Below the pieces are notes generated by a model. That model saw nothing but the letters and a program-made list of their open reading frames with translations. It ran no database searches and was not told where the DNA came from. Positions 36,611-45,731 of a DNA stretch of 64,000 nucleotides are shown here, piece after piece. Position 1 is the stretch's first letter, and each line of letters opens with the position of its first letter. The stretch lies in assembly GCA_963529135.1 (NCBI GenBank), contig CAURYQ010000003.1, positions 19,827-83,826 of the forward strand, read 5' to 3'. Position numbers and translations under genes: made by a program. This DNA is from an uncultured Pseudomonas sp. Lineage in GTDB: Bacteria > Pseudomonadota > Gammaproteobacteria > Pseudomonadales > Pseudomonadaceae.

Positions 36611-37806
36611 AGCAATACTTCCATGAAGATGTGACCACTCTGGAGCCAGGCGCCTTGATCGAGCGTCTGGAGCGGCGCACTACTTACGAAGATCCCTTTC
36701 GATTCGATCGCGCTGACCAGTTCAAAGCCATGATGCTGGAAACCCTGAGCCACGGCGTGAGCGATGTGTTCATCCAGCCAGCACTACCCGTAGTCGTGAA
36801 GAAGTACGGACGGCTGTACTCGGTGACTCGACGAGCGCTGGACATCGGGGAAGTCAACGAGCTGCTGAAAATGGCTGCCAACCGGGACACAGCCACCACC
36901 GATATCGTCTCCGGAACTGCGGTCAATGAACGCTACGAGCTATTCGATCCTGAGCGCAAGGATGCCCGTGGCGCGCGTTTGCGCTATGCCTATCGGGTAA
37001 ATGCCTCGCCCATCGCTTGTCACGGTGACACTTCATGTCAGATCGTCATCCGGGCCATCCCTGACGACCCTCCGCGCATCGAGGACGTAGGTTTGAGCGA
37101 AGACATCGTGCACATGGCCACACCGCGCGACGGCATTGTGTACGTGGCGGGTGCCACTGGGCACGGCAAGACTACTACTTTCGCTGCCATTAACCGCTTC
37201 ATTCTGGAAAACGACACCCCGATCAAAGGCAACTTGATCAGCCACGAAGAGCCGATCGAGTTCACCTACGACAAGATCCAGAGCAAGCACTCCATTTTTG
37301 TGCAGTCTCAGATTCCTACACATTTCAAGGATTTCTACCGGGCCAACCGTGAAGCCATGCGTCGAGCACCCGGATTGTGTGTGATCGGCGAACTGCGTGA
37401 CCAAGAAACCATTCGCGCGGCAGTGGAGTTATCCCTGACCGGTCACCCAGTGTTTGGCACGGTCCATGCCAAGGATGTAGCGGCTATCATGCGTCGGATG
37501 ATTTCACGGTTTCCCGAGCAGGAGCGGGCAACTGCGATCTATGACCTGGTGGACACCAGTCGTTTCATGATGGCGCAGAAACTTGTGCCCACCGTTGATG
37601 GCAAGCGTACCGCCGCTCGGTCATGGCTCAAGTTTACCGAACAAGTGCGCGACACGTTGATGGACTTGACGGACATGGGGCGAGTTACCCAGCGCGTGGC
37701 GGAATTTGTGCGTGAGCAAGGGCATACCTTTGCGGCTGAAGCCGACCGGCTCTTGGCAGCGGGACTGATTAACGAGCACACCGCGCGTGACCTGCGCCAC
37801 GGATGA
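36607..37806 (+). CDS. dotB: DotB (IncI TraJ) PilT-like hexameric ATPase
   Basis: Walker A GATGHGKTT, Asp box and Walker B (VIGELRD), His box (TGHPVFGTVHA). ATGA overlap with dotC. Confidence 0.9.
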   Translation: MKQYFHEDVTTLEPGALIERLERRTTYEDPFRFDRADQFKAMMLETLSHGVSDVFIQPALPVVVKKYGRLYSVTRRALDIGEVNELLKMAANRDTATTDIVSGTAVNERYELFDPERKDARGARLRYAYRVNASPIACHGDTSCQIVIRAIPDDPPRIEDVGLSEDIVHMATPRDGIVYVAGATGHGKTTTFAAINRFILENDTPIKGNLISHEEPIEFTYDKIQSKHSIFVQSQIPTHFKDFYRANREAMRRAPGLCVIGELRDQETIRAAVELSLTGHPVFGTVHAKDVAAIMRRMISRFPEQERATAIYDLVDTSRFMMAQKLVPTVDGKRTAARSWLKFTEQVRDTLMDLTDMGRVTQRVAEFVREQGHTFAAEADRLLAAGLINEHTARDLRHG

Positions 37807-37837
37807 GTGACTTGGGCAACTGAATCTTGGAGTCGTT

Positions 37838-38110
37838 ATGGCTAAAGGCCGCTATCACTGGAGCAGAAGCGCTCCGCCCGCTCGTTTTTTTGTCATCAAT
37901 GCCAGCGCCGCGCTGCCTTGGTTGCTGCTGTTGCTGGTGCCAGCCTTCTGGAAATTCCTGCTGCCGCTGGCACTGTTGAAGACCTTCTCGCTTGTGTATA
38001 TCGAGGTCGTCAAGAAAATGACCGTTGGTGCGGTATGTCGCCAGCTTGGCGTGTTCATGGTGGGGCGCGTGCGAACTACCCACAGCCTGCTCAGAGAGCT
38101 GATCAGGTAA
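37838..38110 (+). CDS. icmT: IcmT (IncI TraK) small membrane protein
   Basis: 90 aa. HWSRSAPPARFFVINASAALPW matches the IcmT HWRDSAR..RFF motif. Two TM helices. Confidence 0.72.
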   Translation: MAKGRYHWSRSAPPARFFVINASAALPWLLLLLVPAFWKFLLPLALLKTFSLVYIEVVKKMTVGAVCRQLGVFMVGRVRTTHSLLRELIR

Positions 38111-38160
38111 CAAGCCGATAGGATCCTCGGATTGATCGACCCTAGCCACAGGAGGCTTGG

Positions 38161-39465
38161 ATGAAACAGCAAGGAGGTGGGCAGCGTAGCTTCACCTGGG
38201 ATGATCCGGCCATTCTTTTGGGCGTCATGGTGGTCCTTTATGGGGGCGGCTGGGGTGCTTGGTATTTTGCCCACGACAAGATATCCAGCGCCTACGCCTA
38301 TATCCGTTATGTAGAGCTTTGGATCCCAAGTGTCCTGGGTGAATTGACGTCGGTGCCTGGGTTTTCATCGATCGCCCAATGGGTTGCACACCTCTGTGCG
38401 CCCAGTGGCTTGATCGGCACCTGCCAGCGCAATTTCGCTACCGTGGCCTGGAGCGAGATCACATCTTCATCGCTCTACATCAACGGATTTTGGTTATTGG
38501 TGATCAGCGTGCTGTCGGTGCGGATGTTCTTGCGGGTCAACAAGTCGCACCCGAAGCTCAAGTTCAGCCGTACCCACAACATCAAAAGTTTTGTGCAAGA
38601 GAACAAGGCGCAGTATCCGCATCTGCGAATGTTTGCCGAACTCGACCTTATCTCGCAACCGCTTGATCATCCCGTATTCGGCATGTCGCAAACCTCACGG
38701 CAGTTTGCCTATAAGCACCTACTGATCAGCGGGTGGAAGCACCAGGCTGATCGTAGTTGGGTACCGACCCTGGACCGCGATAAAGCCTACGAGGTTATGC
38801 GCCGTCAACTGGGACAGCATTGGACGCGTGTGGCGAATCTAAGCCCTGCCGAGACGCTGCTGATCGCGATTGCCCTACCAAGGGTGGTTGCTACGGACAC
38901 TTCGCTCGACGACAACGCCTACAGAGCTGCTATGGCTGACAGCGAACGCATGATTGCCTGGTGCTGGGCTCAATTCTCGCCGCCACCGGGGCCATCTGGC
39001 AAAACGAAGTCGACTAGCGAACCCTATGCCTGGCTGAAGCCGGATCTGTTGCTTGATGAACCACGTGCAGTGATCCAGAAGTACATCAAGCACCCTAACG
39101 CCCGTGCGATTCTGCACGCGCATGCGTTTGTCAGGACCATCCTGTTTGCCATGTTCTTCCAGGCGCGTCGCCTGGGTGTATTGCCACCTGCCGAAATGCG
39201 TTGGCTACGCTTCTTCGACAGGGATATGTGGTACGCCCTTCAAACTATTGGGCGTCAGGCCAGCTTCCCAGAAGCGCCTGGTATCCTGTCGCATTTCCTT
39301 TATGAGTGCAAAGCGGGGGTATCCCTGGCAGAGCCTCAGCTGGATAAGGCAGTCAATGGGCTTGAGCAGGCAATGGATGCGTACCGATATACCGAGGCCG
39401 ACAAAAAACGCTATGAGGCGCTCGCATCGCATGCACCTACCGCGGATCAAAACGTGAACGTTTAA
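38161..39465 (+). CDS. dotM: IcmP/DotM (IncI TrbA) coupling-complex membrane protein
   Basis: N-terminal TM pair. The C-terminal block AHAFVRTILFAMFFQARRLGVLPPAEMRWLRFFDRDMWYALQTIGRQASFPE follows the DotM pattern. Confidence 0.78.
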   Translation: MKQQGGGQRSFTWDDPAILLGVMVVLYGGGWGAWYFAHDKISSAYAYIRYVELWIPSVLGELTSVPGFSSIAQWVAHLCAPSGLIGTCQRNFATVAWSEITSSSLYINGFWLLVISVLSVRMFLRVNKSHPKLKFSRTHNIKSFVQENKAQYPHLRMFAELDLISQPLDHPVFGMSQTSRQFAYKHLLISGWKHQADRSWVPTLDRDKAYEVMRRQLGQHWTRVANLSPAETLLIAIALPRVVATDTSLDDNAYRAAMADSERMIAWCWAQFSPPPGPSGKTKSTSEPYAWLKPDLLLDEPRAVIQKYIKHPNARAILHAHAFVRTILFAMFFQARRLGVLPPAEMRWLRFFDRDMWYALQTIGRQASFPEAPGILSHFLYECKAGVSLAEPQLDKAVNGLEQAMDAYRYTEADKKRYEALASHAPTADQNVNV

Positions 39466-39488
39466 TAAACACCATAGCCAAGATTGCT

Positions 39489-39525
39489 AAAGGCCATCAC
39501 TCAGGATGGCCTTTATTTATTTTTT
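39489..39525 (+). terminator. Rho-independent terminator after dotM
   Basis: AAAGGCCATC (39489-39498) pairs with GATGGCCTTT (39505-39514) and is followed by ATTTATTTTTT. Confidence 0.75.
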
Positions 39526-39590
39526 AGTGTGTTTTTATAGTTTTTTGTTAGAATACGGTCGTATTGGATTATTAATAAGGACATTGAAAG

Positions 39591-40580
39591 ATGATCGGTA
39601 TGACTGTCAGGGCCACGATGGCAATGCTCATGTTTGCGAGCGTGGGTGACGCCGCCGGCGCTGCGCCGCAGCAATCGGAGGATCTGTCTGCTTTCATCAC
39701 CGGTCAGATCAATGCGCCGGTCGCGCAGCAGGAGCTCAGCGACCTAACTGCGCAGAGGGTATCTCGCTACGGGCGCATAGTGAGTGCCCGCCCAGTTGGG
39801 CTAGGTGGGTTGACGGCATGGACCGTCGAAAAAAACGGCCACCAGGTCGTGTTGTTCAGTACGCCGGACTCGGCAGTATTGTTCACCGGCGTGGCTTGGA
39901 ATGCTGAGACAGGTGCGAACATTTCCGATGCCTTCCTGCCTGGGGCGATTGCTGCCAAAACAACCCAGCCTGCGCAAGCAGTGTCACCGCCGCCGCCGGT
40001 TGCAGGCGCCGCTCCAGAAAGCCCCACCCAGCCTTTGATGTCACCCGTTGACGAGTCAATAGTGCGCGAAGCTGCAGCTATGGATGGTACTTACAAGGGC
40101 GAGATTCCCGTGTCCATGAAGACAGTGGACTCGCTTGCGGGTGTGAAGGAGGGTAAAGGCGGCATTGGCGACACGGTCTATATCATCATCGACCCCCGTT
40201 GCCCCTATTGCCGTGAAACGTACAACCTGACGCGGGCCTATACCGCAAAAGGACATACCATCAAGTGGATTCCCTCTGCAGCATTGGGTAACCCCAGCGA
40301 TGGCGTCCCTTTGGCCGCTACAATCCTGCAGTCGAAGGATCAGCAGACGCTTGCGCGAGTATTAGGCAAGCACGAGCCCATTCGCACCAAGCCCTCACAA
40401 GAAACCGTCGAACAATTGAGCACAAATCTTGCCTTTCTGTTCGCCGCCTTTGAAAACAACGGCAAAGACCAAGCAGGCGTGCCAGCCGCCTTCTTCATCG
40501 ATCACCGTACCGGCCAGCCAAGGATGATGACAGGGCTTTCCCAGGCCGTCGTACTTGAAGACATCTTCGGGAAACTTTAA
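39591..40580 (+). CDS. Periplasmic thiol:disulfide oxidoreductase, DsbC/DsbG-like (IncI TrbB analogue)
   Basis: Signal peptide. Thioredoxin-fold active site CPYC (IIIDPRCPYCRE) in the C-terminal half and a DsbC-like N-terminal domain. Confidence 0.75.
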   Translation: MIGMTVRATMAMLMFASVGDAAGAAPQQSEDLSAFITGQINAPVAQQELSDLTAQRVSRYGRIVSARPVGLGGLTAWTVEKNGHQVVLFSTPDSAVLFTGVAWNAETGANISDAFLPGAIAAKTTQPAQAVSPPPPVAGAAPESPTQPLMSPVDESIVREAAAMDGTYKGEIPVSMKTVDSLAGVKEGKGGIGDTVYIIIDPRCPYCRETYNLTRAYTAKGHTIKWIPSAALGNPSDGVPLAATILQSKDQQTLARVLGKHEPIRTKPSQETVEQLSTNLAFLFAAFENNGKDQAGVPAAFFIDHRTGQPRMMTGLSQAVVLEDIFGKL

Positions 40581-40592
40581 GGAGCAAAGCGG

Positions 40593-41387
40593 ATGACAAC
40601 CAAGGCCCCCCACTTCGAATTCGATCCGAGCTTGCGTATCTTCGGCGCTGCCGATGATCTTTGGGTGGTTTTCGACAGCCAGAGCCCCAATGATGCACTG
40701 CGTGCAACTCGCTCGGTACGGCTGCCACGTGTATTCGAGCAACTGTCGCTTTTGGTCGAAGGCTTTGACACCGTTGATGACGACGGTCATCGTCGCATTG
40801 TACCGGGTACGACAAGCCTTGAAATACGCTTCGTTGACGGCAGTGTGCAGGTTCATGAGCTGGCCCAGTTGCAGCTTGTGTTCCACGCTGAGGCAGACCG
40901 TAAAGGGGCGTTGAATCACATTGACCCCGCCTTGGTCGGCTATAACGTTCGACAGGCATTGTCCGAGCGCCTGAATGAAGCGCTGATCGACCATTTTCAG
41001 CAGGGGGCTGTGCCAGTCCTGCCAGCGGATGTGTCTGCAATGGCCGCCTTGCCGGTCGGTGCTGCGCATTATCCTACGGCTGCGCCTTTACCTTCACGTC
41101 AAGCGCTGCGCGAACAAGCTTCCAGCGAGGCGCGCAGGCAGGAGCGCTCCCGTCGCCGTAAAACGATTTTGGCCTGGGTTGTTCCCCCGATATTGGTGAT
41201 CGGTGTTTTAGCAACACTTTCGCATCTTGCTTCCACCCAGTCACCGATTGAAAATGCAGTGGCGCAACACATGGCGAATGACCCTGAGTCGATCAAGGCG
41301 CAAGTGGAGCTGACCAAGCAGACACTTCAGTCGATGGGCCTGGACCCAGGGCAGGGTGGTGATCTTGGCTGCCTGGCGCCGCAATGA
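40593..41387 (+). CDS. hypothetical protein with one TM helix near the C-terminus
   Basis: 264-aa ORF 12 nt after the previous stop. Arg-rich stop-transfer segment, then ILAWVVPPILVIGVLATL. Confidence 0.55.
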   Translation: MTTKAPHFEFDPSLRIFGAADDLWVVFDSQSPNDALRATRSVRLPRVFEQLSLLVEGFDTVDDDGHRRIVPGTTSLEIRFVDGSVQVHELAQLQLVFHAEADRKGALNHIDPALVGYNVRQALSERLNEALIDHFQQGAVPVLPADVSAMAALPVGAAHYPTAAPLPSRQALREQASSEARRQERSRRRKTILAWVVPPILVIGVLATLSHLASTQSPIENAVAQHMANDPESIKAQVELTKQTLQSMGLDPGQGGDLGCLAPQ

Positions 41388-41636
41388 CACCAGGGTGCGA
41401 TAGATGCTCGCGAAGGTCGGCGTATTCCGCTGCACTGCGGTTGGTGAGTTTGACCGCTGCCTGATTTTGCCGGGTCACATTCGTCCGGCGGTTGCCGCAG
41501 GAGGTTCTTTTCCAGGGTTGGATACAACAGGCAAGCCAAACCTGCCTGGGCGGACGCCGTTACTCTGGCCGAGTTGTGGGAGGCCGCCAACCAACACCTG
41601 TTGATTATTTTGGATTGAAAAACCTTAGGTACGTAT

Positions 41637-42479
41637 ATGCGACCAGCGAATGAAATCAAAGATGGGGCAAAATTGCTGTCCCTCGCCCAAGGCCTGAGGT
41701 CGCTGCTGGTCCCGTCGCCAGATGTTCTAGCAGACACGGTCAAAGAGTTGTACCCGCTGGTCAACCTCTCAGACAAGGTCTTGCCATTGAAGTCGTACTT
41801 CAACATGGTTCAGGACATCCAGAGGACCAAGCATACCCATGCTGCCATGCGCGCCGATGGCGAAGCATTCAGCCGCGATGCCGTACAGCAGGCGGTGCTG
41901 CGCAAGTTGTGTACCGAAGATATTTTTATGGTGGCGTGTTCTTTTCTCGAGGTCGAAATTGCCAAGCAAGGCTCTGTTTACTACCTGAGTGGTGAATCCC
42001 CCGATTTCAAGGAAACCAAGAAAAATCGCAACCCGCTCGACCTCGCAGACGAGGTGGTTCTAAAGAACCTGTCCAGTGGCCTGGCGCGTCCTGATACAGA
42101 TCGTGGGGCAGTCGAGCGAGGGCAGATTGACAGCGGTTTCAACCACTTGGTCAGGCTGAATCAGTTGCACAATCTGATGCTTGAGTCAGTTCGCCTCATG
42201 AAGGCTGACGAACGACTGACAAAAGTGGATATTCGAAAGAAGTTCCACATTTCACATACCGACTACGAGCGCATGATGTCGATGGCGCGGCGCTCTGGGT
42301 TGATTTCGTTCCGCAATCGCAAGAAAGATCCGTCCAATGCCTATACCTTGCGTAACGACAACCATGAGCGGGTGTCTGAGCATGCGAAGCACTTTGGCCA
42401 TACGCCACAGAAAATGCTCAACAAGATTCTCGATGATTTCTTCGGGATGCTTGAAAAACGCAAGAAACACGAGGGATGA
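41637..42479 (+). CDS. hypothetical protein, possible winged-helix/RHH DNA-binding protein
   Basis: 280-aa ORF with lower GC than its neighbours. The segment KVDIRKKFHISHTDYERMMSMARRSGLISF looks HTH-like, and the basic C-terminus TPQKMLNKILDDFF looks RHH-like. Confidence 0.5.
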   Translation: MRPANEIKDGAKLLSLAQGLRSLLVPSPDVLADTVKELYPLVNLSDKVLPLKSYFNMVQDIQRTKHTHAAMRADGEAFSRDAVQQAVLRKLCTEDIFMVACSFLEVEIAKQGSVYYLSGESPDFKETKKNRNPLDLADEVVLKNLSSGLARPDTDRGAVERGQIDSGFNHLVRLNQLHNLMLESVRLMKADERLTKVDIRKKFHISHTDYERMMSMARRSGLISFRNRKKDPSNAYTLRNDNHERVSEHAKHFGHTPQKMLNKILDDFFGMLEKRKKHEG

Positions 42480-43057
42480 TGCCAATGGCAAATGAAGGCC
42501 ATCAGGACAGAAGAGGCGGCGTTGCACCGAGCGATCACGCGCGCGTGGCTCGGGCTGCCAGGCAGTTGGTTGGCTACGCCAACCTGTTGCGATGGGCTGC
42601 CAACTTTCAGCGCGAAGAACTACAGCGCCATCCCGAGCATGCGCAGGTCATGCTCCTCTCACCCATGCAAAGTGGGCGTTTTAGCTTTGCCGTAGAAAGC
42701 GAAACGCTCTATGTAGGTGTACAGCCCTTCGAGGCTGCGTGGGCTGCACTCATACCTTTCAGTGGGGCCACTGTGTCTGACCGCCTCTACTTGATGGCTG
42801 ATGGGGTGAGCTTCATGGATTCCCACATGCCGCCTCTGTCTCTTGGGCTGTTCGTAGACGAGGTTAGCAAGCGCACGTCCATGGCTGAAGCGAAATTCGT
42901 ACAGTTCATACAGGTCACGGTGACTGAGGGTTACGTGGCCACTGTAGGTGATGCTTGCGGCGACCCGATTCCCATGCGGCAGGGAGAGGTCATAACCCAA
43001 TTGCATGAAACCCGCCAGGCAAAAGCCAAGCAGCAGGACATGGGGCGCTTTTTCTAA
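42476..43057 (+). CDS. hypothetical protein (193 aa)
   Basis: ORF overlapping the previous stop (ATGATG). No motif recognised. Confidence 0.5.
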   Translation: MMPMANEGHQDRRGGVAPSDHARVARAARQLVGYANLLRWAANFQREELQRHPEHAQVMLLSPMQSGRFSFAVESETLYVGVQPFEAAWAALIPFSGATVSDRLYLMADGVSFMDSHMPPLSLGLFVDEVSKRTSMAEAKFVQFIQVTVTEGYVATVGDACGDPIPMRQGEVITQLHETRQAKAKQQDMGRFF

Positions 43058-43094
43058 GTTTGCCCAATCCGACTTCCAACGTAAGGATGCGCGC

Positions 43095-43943
43095 ATGATC
43101 AAATGCAAGCTCATTCTGCCAGTGCTGGCCGCGGTGGCCATGGCAGGTTGTGTAACCACGGAGCAAATGCCTGACGGCACTACCAAAATTCGCTTCTCAG
43201 ACGAAGCGGTCAGCTCGCTGACCTCAATGATGCCGACAGGCGTCGTCAATGGGATGGCGGGTGGTGCCGGAACTGGAGGGCTGGATCTCATCCCCACCAT
43301 GAATCATGACACAGGTGAGTTTCTGTATCTTGGCGGCAGGTTCGATTACGAATGCACAGCCGCGTTACTCTACAGCGCCAAATCAGGTGCGCCGCTCAAT
43401 GCAACCATCAATAACACATGCAGGCAGCAGTATCTGATCAGGCAACAAGAAAACAAACTGGCCGGTAAGCCCTACGACCATGCGGCGCCGGCCTTTAGCG
43501 GCGGCAGTGCTGATCAGGCTTACTGGGCTTCGCTGTCGGGTCGGCTAATCAGCCAGCTAGCGGCGCAAGATCAATTCAAAACGCGGTTCGCCAGCATTCC
43601 CCGTTATGACAACACCGGCAAACTATTCATTACCGTAGGGTTCTTGGGCAGAGGCAAAGGTGACGGTTATTCGCTGGTGACCAACCCTCAACGTACACCC
43701 GTTGCCTTCAGTGACCCGGCAGCCGAAGCACAAGTACGTTCCAGGGCATCCAGGCTAAAAACGGATCTTGGTGAATCGACTCGATGCGACGTAGTACTGG
43801 CTACCAAACGAGCTATAGACAAGGGGCCCAAGCCGGCAGGGATCAACGCATCAGATTACGCACGGTATGAAGTGCAATTCACAGTTGCTTCGATGCGTTG
43901 CAAGAACAAGCTCTATGAGCTCAAAGGCTCATCCACTCAATAA
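43095..43943 (+). CDS. hypothetical lipoprotein (282 aa)
   Basis: AAGGA RBS. Lipobox VAMAGC after MIKCKLILPVLAA. Confidence 0.62.
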   Translation: MIKCKLILPVLAAVAMAGCVTTEQMPDGTTKIRFSDEAVSSLTSMMPTGVVNGMAGGAGTGGLDLIPTMNHDTGEFLYLGGRFDYECTAALLYSAKSGAPLNATINNTCRQQYLIRQQENKLAGKPYDHAAPAFSGGSADQAYWASLSGRLISQLAAQDQFKTRFASIPRYDNTGKLFITVGFLGRGKGDGYSLVTNPQRTPVAFSDPAAEAQVRSRASRLKTDLGESTRCDVVLATKRAIDKGPKPAGINASDYARYEVQFTVASMRCKNKLYELKGSSTQ

Positions 43944-44011
43944 GGCACTGAAGCCGCTACAGACTCATGACTATGACACCAGTCGGCAAGGCGGCTCCCT
44001 GGCGGGGTAGG

Positions 44012-44362
44012 TCAGGGTGCTGCGTTCCACGTATCGTCTGCGGCGACCGTCGCTTCGTCGATCCCAGAGCGGTGTGCCTCTGCAGTGTTGAGCCACTCCT
44101 GGCTAGGGCTGGCTTGTTGAGCCATTTCGGATGCGAACTCCCTCCGCAGGATAGCTTCCTTGACGACATTCACCAGCTCTGGGCCTGCGGCACCGTACTC
44201 CCCCAGCAGCGTGCGCGAAGCCTCTGGCGGTAGCTGGTTGATGGCTTGGCGCAGGTCCTGGCCGTAAGCGGCGAGCACAGGTTGTTTGTCAAGTACGACC
44301 TCGGCTGACTGGGAAGGGAATACGGCGGCAGTGAAGCTATGGAAGTCTTGTGCGGTCGGCAT
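44012..44362 (-). CDS. hypothetical small acidic protein (116 aa)
   Basis: Second gene of a two-gene minus-strand cassette, 11 nt after the upstream stop. AAGGG RBS. Confidence 0.5.
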   Translation of the reverse strand: MPTAQDFHSFTAAVFPSQSAEVVLDKQPVLAAYGQDLRQAINQLPPEASRTLLGEYGAAGPELVNVVKEAILRREFASEMAQQASPSQEWLNTAEAHRSGIDEATVAADDTWNAAP

Positions 44363-44373
44363 GATGTTGGCCC

Positions 44374-44997
44374 TTACATGCTGTAGTCGTCGAGCCCCTC
44401 GCTGCGCGGCAGGGCTCGGTGGTTGTAGCGTGCAAATGTTTTGTCCAGATCGGCAGCCAGATAAGCCTGCTCGCTGTCGTGCAACGCCCGATGCATGAAA
44501 TCGGCGTCCGAGGTCACTGCAATAACCTGTTCGCGCAGGATTTCGAGCAGCCCTTGACGATCTGCCCTCGAGCCAGGGACATGGTCAATAGCTTCCATCA
44601 CGTTAAGCAGCGAACGACGCAGCGCGCCCTCGGCAGCACTTTTTTCAGCCGGAGCGGCCATGTCGTAATGCATGACGCCAATGACAGCGCGGTGGATAGC
44701 GGTAAAGGATTTGACCTCGGCTGTACGGCTCTGCATTACCTTGTCAGTGTGAAGGGTGTGTGGGGGCGTATTGCGAAGCCAGGCAGCTTCCTGCTCACCC
44801 AGCGTGTCGATGGTGTGCCGTACTTTCTGACCGTCGGGCCCATCGGCCAGCGCCGCTAGTGCCACATGCTCAAACGTTATGGCTGAATTGCCTGAAGCCT
44901 TGATGGCTTGCTGCTGCATTAGCCTGGCGCCAATCACAAATCGGCTCGCATCGCGTATTGATAGCTGCATCTGTGTCCGTCGTTTCTCACAGGGCAT
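44374..44997 (-). CDS. hypothetical protein (207 aa)
   Basis: First gene of the minus-strand cassette, read out of the AT-rich 45.0-45.6 kb region. Alternative ATG at 44970. Confidence 0.52.
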   Translation of the reverse strand: MPCEKRRTQMQLSIRDASRFVIGARLMQQQAIKASGNSAITFEHVALAALADGPDGQKVRHTIDTLGEQEAAWLRNTPPHTLHTDKVMQSRTAEVKSFTAIHRAVIGVMHYDMAAPAEKSAAEGALRRSLLNVMEAIDHVPGSRADRQGLLEILREQVIAVTSDADFMHRALHDSEQAYLAADLDKTFARYNHRALPRSEGLDDYSM

Positions 44998-45494
44998 GAA
45001 ATGCCTAGGTAGGTGCTTGTGTAAAGCTGGTGGGGTGATGGGTTACCCGACACGCCTGACCATAGCATTTCTACTCTTTTATTTCTTCTGATCTAAGCAT
45101 GCTAAACGCGATTTTTTTGTAATTTTTGATATCCCTATTCAGCTAGGAAAATTAACCAGATTCGCTAGGGTTGAGTATGCTTTAAATTCTAGGGTAGCCC
45201 CGGTTTCAAAGGGTAGTAAGACGATTCTCGACAGCGGTTAGCTGTACGCCCAGGAAGGGGTGTTGAAGAAAAAAACAGCCGCCGATTCTGAAAAAATACC
45301 GTGAACTCCTGAGATCTTCGGTTCGGCTGATAATGGAGGATGTTGCTTATTTTTATGATTATGCGAAACAAAGAGATCAATTAAAGATTTTTTTTGGCAA
45401 TTTAATGCAGCATTTGAGATTTTTCTGAGTTATTCAGTTTCCATTAGCAATGTCCGCAGATCTCGAGATTTGTGAGGTTCATCACACTTTTGGT

Positions 45495-45517
45495 TTGTTA
45501 GTTTTCTCTGATAACAA
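45495..45517. promoter_or_regulatory. Inverted repeat TTGTTA-N11-TAACAA in the dotA leader
   Basis: Arms at 45495-45500 and 45512-45517. Contains the TGTTAG core shared with other island leaders. Confidence 0.3.
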
Positions 45518-45731
45518 AATTTTGATCATTAGCTGATTTCTGGTTTAACATGAGCACATCTTAGCTATCTGCTGGACATGGCTCGTATATGGCGCCATGG
45601 CTTCAACCACCCCTGCCCACGCACCTGCGTAGGCGGCGGTGGTCGCTCAGGGACGACGGAGCATCCAAAGGAAATTCGTCGCGAACGTTCTCGATCAATC
45701 GTGCGCACTTCGATTCAGGTAGGTATTCACC

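Noticed and set aside
41327-41806. 159-aa minus-strand ORF bridging two plus-strand genes
   Set aside because: It overlaps the ends of two better-supported genes, its composition is Ser/Pro/Arg-rich, and it has no RBS. The 250-bp gap it covers showed no convincing gene remnant in any frame that I translated.
45189-45380. 63-aa ORF in the AT-rich dotA leader
   Set aside because: It has no RBS and a low-complexity sequence (Phe/Arg/Ile-rich), and it lies in an obviously non-coding AT-rich region.
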